Assembly (NCBI GenBank): GCA_951406725.2 | Contig: OX597826.1 | Location: 6,634,001 to 6,698,000 of the forward strand | Length of the DNA stretch: 64,000 bases | Direction: 5' to 3' | Source of the DNA: Octopus vulgaris | Taxonomy: Eukaryota | Part shown: piece after piece, positions 54,446-64,000 of the stretch | How the letters are laid out: each line of letters begins with the position of its first letter | Numbering within the stretch: position 1 is the stretch's first letter | The notes under the pieces: model-generated | The model's database searches: none | What the model was told of the DNA's origin: nothing | The model's input: the letters and a program-made list of their open reading frames with translations, nothing else | Made by a program: the position numbers and the translations under genes

Positions 54446-56439
54446 CAGAATCGGTAATACGTAAAATAGGCAGCGCCGTCGATGCGGCAGCGTATACTAC
54501 GAATACCATACTAGTATTCTCATCTGGAAAACTTGTATCAATGGATTCTGACTTAGTTTCAAAAGGCATCAATAAATTCAATTCGTGAAATAACAAGTGA
54601 CAACATAGAATTTAAATTGATACTTACACCAGGCTTTATGTATAAATCAGAAACAATGGTATGGACACTGATACTTACAGAATTAACCACCCCAGTAACT
54701 ATAAGCCAACTCTGATTTTAATGACACTGGTGAGTACGATCTGCAACATTTCTTTGGCTTTCTAAATGGTTTACTAAATGCAAAATGATAAACCTTCAGT
54801 TGTACTAAACCGTTAAAATTTGGAAATTATTATGTATTAGATTAGTACACTAATGGGTTGATCAATATACCTACTAATCAGCCTTTTAGATATTAGGTTA
54901 GTAGAGTTAATGATATGCCGGGAATTATTAAACTGGTTGCATACATCGTCAGCTAAAACTAAATTGCGTATTAAGAAATATAATCATGCTACGGAAGAGT
55001 ATCAGTGGACACAAATTTTGAGTGGCGTTATTGTAATTGTATGGATTTATAGAATCTAAGTCGCTACAAAATCTGATAAAAAACATTCGTGTTCAGAAAG
55101 AAAAAATATTAAAAAACGTATGTCCATGTTCTTTCGTACTAAAATAAATTGAACATTAAAATTTAATACAGCAGAAGAAACTAACTGTCAGTTTAGTCAT
55201 CAGACTAAATATTTCTGATGTTAGTTTTGTTTCAAATCAAATATATGATTGCAAAGTAAATATTTAGAAAAGAGTTCAAATAAATTAATAATGTAAAAAT
55301 TACAAGAAAACAGTGTAAATAATATATAAAGAAATGTAATATTTATTCATCACTGCACTGAATCTTTTACATTAACAACGTTAATTATCATTTGACAACC
55401 AATTATTCAGAAATAATATTTCAATAATGAATAAAATTTATATATAAATATAATATAAATATATATATCTTAATATACGAAAAGAAAAAAAAGATAGAAG
55501 CAAATTAAAACAATGGTTGATTCATTACATCAGTGAAGCATGAAGTGTTAAGACTATCTGTCAGAGTATTTAATAGGTTACGAATTTGTATTCAACAAGT
55601 CTTGAATTTAAATTATCTTTCCTGAGTCATGCTTCAACAATTTAGCCATTTTAAATTCTCACTGTTTGCGGTTGTAGCGCCGTATGAAAAGTAGCATATT
55701 AACGAGAAAAAAAAGCCATTCTCTGTTTATATTGTAGAAATAAAATCAAAAAATACTGTGACGTCTAGGTGGAAAGATATTGAATATATATATATGTAAT
55801 AAAATACAAAAGAAAAACTCATCAACATGCTTTCTATTGAGAACCATAGTTACAGTACATACCCGCGCGGTCATACAAAACAGCGCAGCTTGATTTATAA
55901 TTAGGACAGAAATTATTTTTAAAAAATGAAAATATTGTAGCATGTAGATATGAAACAGAGGCACCATTCAGTTTAGGGCCATTTTTTGTTATAGAATAAG
56001 GCTTTAATCACCGCGGTTTGCATAACGTACGAGAACGTGGATAATAAGGGCCATGGTAGGCGCCATTGTGGGTTTCAAATCATTCATGCACGATTAATTG
56101 CCCTCGAACGAGATAAATAATATAACAGACAAGATAATCCCTCTTCTGTGTGGCCCTTGACCTACGCTGAGAATACAAATTTGTATCGCAAATATCAATA
56201 TGCTACACTAAGCACAGCGATAGCTATCATGCTTAGCTAGCATTTTCGTCTGCTGTCGTTAATACATTTGATAATATCTTCTCTGTTATTGCGCCATTTT
56301 GTTTATGTCTTTCTTGTTGTTTATTAACCACTATGCTTATGACAATCATGTTAACGATCAACGATACGACTAAAGCTACTACTAGGCATAAGAATAAAAA
56401 TAACTATAATAAACTATGATACATATAATGATGTCTATC

Positions 56440-56687
56440 ATTATTATTATTATTATTGTTATTATTATTATTATTATTATTTCTATTATTATTATTATTA
56501 TTATTATCATCATTGTTGTTGTTATCATCTTCATTATTATTAGTGGTGTTCTTATTCTTTTTTATAAATATAAATAATAACAATATTAATGATAATAATT
56601 GTAAAACTAAAAAGAACTATTTCTAATATTTAGTTGAATATTATCGTTGTTGTTATTATTATTATTATTATTATCATTATTATTATA

Positions 56688-56785
<98 letters not shown>

Positions 56786-56859
56786 CCTCATCACAGTCGT
56801 CCACATCTTCGTCATCAACATCGTCTTTATAAATATCATCGTCTTCGTCGTCGTCGTTG

Positions 56860-56900
<41 letters not shown>
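56440..56900. repeat. (ATT)n/(CAT)n microsatellite mosaic
   Basis: Visible. Confidence 0.93.
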
Positions 56901-56902
<2 letters not shown>

Positions 56903-57276
56903 AGCCATCATTATCCTACTGACGTTAATAATCGTCACTATCATAACGATCATCAATGAGACAGCCACTAATTAATGCGGGAGATCTTAGAAAAAGGATC
57001 ATAAATGGCAAAATTAAAATAAAATCTCCCCACTGCGCAACATGACTGGAATACAAGTAATCTCTTTTGAAGATTAGTATTCGCTAAACACGATACAGCA
57101 TACTGATGATTAAATTACGAAGCAGGAGTCGTTGTATATTTCTCCCAACCATTGCATTAACTCTTAACTATGAAATAAAAGCAAAAGAGAAAAAAAGACA
57201 GATCTTATGACGATAAATTCACGTTTTTTGTCCCTACGGTTATATAATAATAAAAAATTACTATTATTATTGTTGT

Positions 57277-57277
<1 letters not shown>

Positions 57278-57333
<56 letters not shown>

Positions 57334-57359
57334 CAGCAGCAGCAGCAGCAGCAGTAGTT

Positions 57360-57391
<32 letters not shown>

Positions 57392-57446
57392 TGTAGTAGT
57401 GGCAGTAACAGCATTAGCAGTAGCAGTAGTAGCGATAGTAGTAGTG

Positions 57447-57497
<51 letters not shown>
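57278..57497. repeat. (TAG)n/(CAG)n microsatellite
   Basis: Visible. Confidence 0.95.
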
Positions 57498-57498
<1 letters not shown>

Positions 57499-58247
57499 CA
57501 CCACCAGTATTATTGTTATTAATATTTCTTTTAGCTGCCGCAGGGGCATCAGATGAGGGAACATTTGAAAGTGAGTTCAGAATCTGGTGGGGGGGGGGTT
57601 ACGTGAAAATTCAGGGTAAAGTAATTGAAAGGATGTGAAATGAGAAAAAAAGTACACGGAATATACAGACAGCCATGATGATGATTATTATGATGATAAC
57701 ATCAATAATAATAATGATAGAGATGATGATGCTGAAGATGATTAGGATGATGTGGAAGAAGAGGCGGTAGAGGGATATTTTTTTTATAAGGGGACGAAGA
57801 GGTACACAAATTGACGTTGAATTCTGGGCTACGACGATATAGATGGTGGAATATAACGCGTAATGCAAAGATGAATTGAGGAAGACATCTTACATCTAAA
57901 ATAAGAGCAATCGGACATATTTAAGTAATTACACAGACAAGAATAAAAGCCATTCATAATTAAAACGAAATGATATACGAAAAATGAGTTGGAAAGAGTC
58001 TAGAGGATAGTTTGTTGCACAGTAAATCACACCACTGTCACTGTTCGTTCGATTCCTTCTTGCAAACAAAATATTTATTAGTAACTTGGATGTTTGGAAA
58101 TAGAAAGCACGGTTTTAATTCGTGGTTATTTCTTGGTAAATGTTTTACTAACAGTCACGTGCTTCAAATGGTCCACCACCGATTTCGTCTCAGTTATTAC
58201 TACATCGGTGAAACACGGCGATTTTATGTCTAGGCTTATCATTCAAC

Positions 58248-58490
58248 TCATCATCATCATCATCATCGTCATCATCGCTATTACCATCATCGTCATCATC
58301 GTTATTGTCATCGTCATTGTCATCGTCATCATCAACATCATCGTCGTTGTCGTCATCATCTTCATCGCCATCATCTTCGTCATCATCATCTTCGTCATCA
58401 TCGTTGTCGTTGTCGTCATCATTATGACCATTATCATCCACAACTTGGTGGTCGCTGTCGTCGTCCTTGGTGCCATCATCATCACCATCG
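58248..58490. repeat. Degenerate (CAT/CGT)n repeat
   Basis: Visible; explains the poly-D/I/M ORFs. Confidence 0.9.
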
Positions 58491-58559
58491 TCAGTCTAAT
58501 GAAAGGTATTATTTTTGTTCTGAGGTTATTGTTTCTCACCTATATTCTTATTTCCTGTC

Positions 58560-60700
58560 GCTGTACAATATATTCATGACTTATTTGATTTACATTTCCC
58601 CGGAAAAAACTTGGGTTCTCTACTTTGCCTCAGTTACCTCCCCCGTCATGTGACGAACTAGTGATGCCGTTAGTAAACGTGTTCTCTTCAGGCCTGTTTA
58701 CCGGACTATGTACAAGTTTGTATATTCGGTCATTTGTGTTCCCGTGACTAGTGGCGGACAGAAAAACTGGACTTTCTGCTCTAGACAGTTTCAACTTGCC
58801 ATACCTTACTATTGCTCTTACAAAAAATATGCCTGTCACATGCATCATATTATCTAACCCAGCAAATATAACTCAACAATGTTTCCTGAAGTGGAATAGT
58901 CATGGCGACGGATACGTGAATTTACTGGCCTCAGAATCGTTGAATTCTAACATGTCTCACCATCATATACTTTACAATGTTTGTAAAATATATCTTATAA
59001 GTACCTTATTTTACCCCAGAATCGTCGTCAATTTCATTTCTTTCAAACGAAAGAATTCGACTCACCATCATATGGTTCTCCATCATATGATACAAATCTC
59101 TCCCCCAGGCGTACTTCTATATTTTACAAGAGGAGTACACCACATTCTATGCTTTCTATCTTGTAGGGTGGTTTCCGGGTTTTGTTCTTTTTAAGAAATT
59201 GGTCTATCATCTCCGGACACGGTACTTTCCTTCAATGCATGAGCGGGAGGTTTTCTAGTGATATAAGGGTGTACTGCTCGGTCATTTAATAGTAAAAGTT
59301 TTTGATGTCGCCCTGCAACTCCCACATCCTCTCCGCTTTTCTCGCTGGCGGAATGCTTCCTGAGTCTCATGTTTCTCTCTTAGTACTAATGACGATTTTA
59401 TTTATTGACTCATGGAAAGTGGTTGACATCCCTTCATGATCGACAACTCACATGATATGTTCTTATTGTTGCTTCTTTGTTTCTTTCCGTGCATAAAAGC
59501 GTTAAATGTGTTTTACCCCCCTGTATATGACATTACTTATGTCTTTCTTCGCTGCTGAGTTTGAAGGTCTTCCCCCCCAGCAGCCTTTAGTGAAGACAAT
59601 TCATTTTGTATTGTGTTCTGGTGTGGTCATGGTTTTTTTTTATGCCTATGCCGATACCACTCAATAACATAGCAGCAAATGCTACATTTCCAGTAATCAG
59701 CTACTCCTATTGTGCTTTGATGGTGATCTTCAAAACGGAATGAGCGATCGCCTTAACGCTTGCTCTTCTCAAAAATTGGGGGACCAACTTATTGGTAAGA
59801 GTAACGCATACTAATTAAACTTATATCATGGCCTTTTCATCTATTTTAAATATACAATACATATTCTACTAGATTCTTTAGAACATTCTCATTTGAAGCT
59901 GCTTTTTCATATTACCTATAACCGTATTTTTCATTTGGTCATGGATCTACCTAATGCATTCTTATTTTACTCTGATCCTTCCCTCACCAATATCCTCAAT
60001 TGGAGACTTACTTTAGCTTTTACGTATCTAATTTCACCCTTCTAATGACGGTTTACTCGACATAGAGAATCCTCATTCATTTTGATGATTCACACGCTTG
60101 ACTATTCCAGAAACACCTACAAGAGACTCTGTAGGTCTATATTCACTATCTAAATTAAATGACTTTTCAAGTGATGCCAGACGGTTAGCTTTTTCACATT
60201 TACGTTAACCTTTAAAAGATATTTTACTTAAAATATCTGCCTCAGTTTCTTCCAACCCTTGCTTCGATAAAATTCTGCACGCTTTTGTTGCTTTCATAAA
60301 TCACAGCTAGTTTACATTTATATTCCACCTTTATGAAAGGTTTTGATATACTGGTGTACATATGCCTGCAAGCTTCGCTCTGTCGGGAAGTATTTTCCAT
60401 ATCAAGTGGCTTTTGTTTGAAACAAAGTTGCGAAGACGAGCTTGTTATTTACGTTTACCCTCGACGAAGTATGTACATGCATACATTTATTTTCCTAGTT
60501 GTCAAATGACAATATGATGTATGCTGATTTTTCTCTTGCAGTTTTATAATTTTTTCCATTTTCTGCCATTTGTTGTTTGCGTGCCCATTAATAAACATTT
60601 TTTCAGTTTGATTTCCTTTGTTGTGTGGTTGTTGTAATCTTTTGGCTCTGCAGCGATTCCGAGGAGAGAAGGAGCCATGTTTGCCCTAATGGTAGGTGGT
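58560..60700 (-). pseudogene. Old non-LTR retrotransposon remnant (possibly R4/Dong RT N-terminal region)
   Basis: Minus fragment STPGGEICII*WR resembles SAPGxDxIxxxWWK, followed by a TYPSP*L (RPITCL-like) segment; heavily decayed, boundaries uncertain. Confidence 0.4.
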
Positions 60701-62263
60701 AGAATTCAAATGAAAATATTTTAACAGCCGAAATGTCCCTGTACGGAATAAAATCTAAAATGAAAATAACATCCTTCCGTTACGCTTGTACATCAACAAC
60801 CAGCAGTGGATGTAAACACCTGCACTGGGAGGGAAGCTGCAAAGTCAGAGGAATGATAAAGCTTGTCTGATTTACAAAATAAATATAGTAAGGATGCCTA
60901 TGTACTTAGAGTTCATAGAAAATGTTGCAACAAATTCTAGAACACAAGAACGACAAAATTCTACACCGTACCAAAAGAATTTAAGGAAATACGCAACAGA
61001 TCTGAATATAATCCTTGATATAAGTGAGCAGCAGGGAAAAAGTGGCTGCTGGGCTAAACAAAAACATCAACCTGTTAACCAACAAAAGATCAAAAACAAT
61101 ATGGAGACTGCGGAGGCAAAAACGTCTGCGTGAACGCTACATACTCGAAAACAGATGTACCGATATATACTAAGAAAAGAAAGGAAAGAGTAATATGTAT
61201 CCATCAGTGTCTGAGATGTAGAAGGAGAGAAATTGCACAGAAGGCTGAACAAGACCAATGCTTGCTTTCCAGAAACAACGGAGTCCATATCTTAAATATT
61301 GTGTTGACCGAAATGGAAGTTGTGATACTAATAGTGTAAAGCCGTGCTGTTTCGAACTGTACGATACCGACACCAAATGACTATTAACATTGCCATGACA
61401 AAGTGTCACTACATATACAGTTAAAATTATGCAAGCACTACAAATTAAAAACAGGTATAAGCACTATGCAAATCTAAAATGAAATGAAAATGCTGTAGCA
61501 ATAGTTTTGAGATTTAAAAGTTGTGATAGATATGATAATTCGGACAAATAGTCAAGATGCAATCTCAAACAGCAGAAAATATGAAACTTCGTACATGATT
61601 CCTGTAAATATTCCATCAGAGAAAAAAAAAGAACTTATCACGACAAGAATGTGCTAAAGTAAATAATTACAAATCCTTACAAATAGGAATTAAAATATTT
61701 TTATTTTATTTCATCAAGTCTCAGCTCACGAGCTGTGGCCATGCTGGGGCACCGCCATATATGCAGCTTCTTAAACCGTAAACAGTTCCATTCAAAATAG
61801 GGCTTCATTTATGATGCAAAAAGTACGTAAAGCCATCATAGTAAAGTCTCGGGTGAGCAACTTTTCCTCGAAATTTTAAAGATATTGTTCGTTAACCTTT
61901 TAAATATACAAGAAAGAATTCTCTTCCTTTAAATGAGAGTTACAGATGATCTGTAAATTTATACGTTATAGCTTAACAGTAGGAACTTTCTTTCCTAATA
62001 GATGAAAAACTATTCTTCAAAAAACTGCAACGTTAATGCTATGCGTACAATGCACGCTTTTCTAGCGGTAAATAATGTACTTTTGTGGCAGCCGTATCTA
62101 GGAAACTGGAATCAACTATTCACTCACTAGCTTTCTCTCGCTGCAAGACATTGGTACGCGAATAATTAATATGCAGGAAAAAAAGAACGAATGAGGATAC
62201 AACAACAACAAATACCGCTACTACCACTACTAATACTACTACAAGAAAATGAAGAAGAATAAC

Positions 62264-62304
<41 letters not shown>

Positions 62305-62343
62305 AGAAGAAGAAGAAGAAGAAGAAGAGGTAGAAGAAGAAGA
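62264..62343. repeat. (TAG)n-(AAG)n microsatellite
   Basis: Visible. Confidence 0.95.
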
Positions 62344-63422
62344 AATGGGGGAGGAGGAGATATGATCACGATATTAATAAGAGTTGTAGATGTAACGACA
62401 ACAATCATAATAACAATAAAAACATCAACTACGACGATGATGTATATGCCGATGGAGGTGGTGGTGCGCATGATGTTGATGGTGATGATGATGATGACTA
62501 CGACGACGAGGAGGATGATAGCAACAACAAGTTACCTTAATCGTAATAATAAGAATATGTAACCTAGGTGAACTTAATTGCATAAATATCATTGTACAAA
62601 AGCTATATCATTATTGCAATTCTATTCCAGTATCCTTGCAATTAGATAATCGCAAGAACATTATATATCTGCATGTGAATGATTTTGTCAAATGAAGCGC
62701 TTTATGTTCTAAGATTACGATTTTTTTTTTTTTTTTGGCATTTGTTTCATGGAGATACTTCGGGGAAATTTTATAATAACTGTGGCGTTTCTATTTGAAT
62801 GGAACACAAGGGATACGCTGTTAGATTGATGTGAGAATTTTGTATGAGCATAGTTTTTTTTCTTCTTTTATTATTTTCCTACTGGAAAAGATTCGCTACT
62901 CAGAACAAACGCCACTTTCAATTAAGAGAACATTTCGGCTGACAACTGTTTATCTGTTTTACACCGGCTTTCAAAAGTCCCTTAATTAGTTATAAGTCTT
63001 TCTTGTTTCGCAATTTTTTGAAGATGTACACGCTGATATGTTTTACAATGTAGTAACAAGGCTTTGATATATGATAAAAAAAAATAACAATACGCTTAGA
63101 ATGTGATATAAGCTTAAAGACATGTGTATACGTATTAATAAATACATATAGCACCCGTTTAACTTCTGCGCATGATTCATATTATCAGAACCACAGCTGG
63201 TGGAATCCATATTTTATCGTATTAACACAAATATGGTGACGGTTCGCATCCAAGCAGCTGCAATGCGTTGATTTAATTGACATAACTTTTAAATCACATA
63301 CGAATCTGTTTTGCTATCGAAAATGAAGAAGAGCGAAATGATCCGCATTATAAGTTCTGTATTCTTTGATTATACCTCTAGAGAATTCCTGGTGTGAAGT
63401 AATGAGTCCATATTTTAGCAGG

Positions 63423-63475
<53 letters not shown>

Positions 63476-63852
63476 CATAAAGTGAGGAAGAAACTCAGCA
63501 TTTTTAATAAAATACATTAATACCAAGAAGATTTTTTTTTTCGTTTTTTTTGGCGCAATTGCAATTGCGCCGCAGCTGTGCGAAAAGTGTTCCTCTGTAA
63601 TTTCTCTCTCTAAAATGTCGGAAGAAATATAATGGTTACCTAATGTTCCTTCTTTAAACGTTATGAGACGTGTGAGATGTGGGATCTATATTTATAACGG
63701 GTAGACGCCACCGTGTGTCTTTCCCACTGGCTCGAATTTAACGGTGTGAATATCTACCGGAGCCAAATGATTCAGAGATTCATAATTTTTTGTCAGAAAG
63801 TTTTCTCCTTTAACACTCATATACATAGATTCAAACATGATATATAGCGATA

Positions 63853-63905
<53 letters not shown>

Positions 63906-64000
63906 GTGCGTGTGTGTGTGTGTGTGTGTGTCTGTGTGTGTGTGTGTGAGTGAGTATGTGGATATTTAAGTATACATATATGATACATATACATAAACTT

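Noticed and set aside
56175-56195. ACAAATTTGTATC resembling the miR-10 star arm
   Set aside because: No matching mature arm or precursor hairpin; it is a local palindrome
58195-58233. YYYIGETRR resembling a GIY-YIG motif
   Set aside because: Isolated short match with no upstream GIY/VIY or downstream context

Overview
AT-rich, microsatellite-saturated animal non-coding DNA. The SINE families and repeat landscape look like an Octopus genome (inference). I find no credible host protein-coding exon; almost all ORFs in the track are simple-repeat read-through. The window holds many decayed mobile elements: two tRNA-derived SINE families, two non-autonomous Helitrons, mariner and Tc1-like transposase remnants, a piggyBac-like MITE, R4/Dong-, CRE-, CR1- and RTE-type LINE fragments, an internally deleted Penelope-like element (RT plus GIY-YIG), and pseudo-LTR-like inverted repeats. 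The standout is a young array at 31375-34135: about 4.94 near-identical 559-bp units inserted in a (TA)n tract. Every unit carries a type I hammerhead ribozyme motif on the minus strand (CUGAUGA, stem II, GAAA, palindromic ACGUACGU helix III). The unit folds back into a rod with a mirror hammerhead-like core on the plus strand, and the units alternate A/B as a higher-order dimer. This is the architecture of a retrozyme or viroid-like circular-RNA element. A second short repeat family carries a non-canonical minimal hammerhead-like motif with a compensatory base change. All identifications were made by eye; boundaries of decayed elements are approximate.
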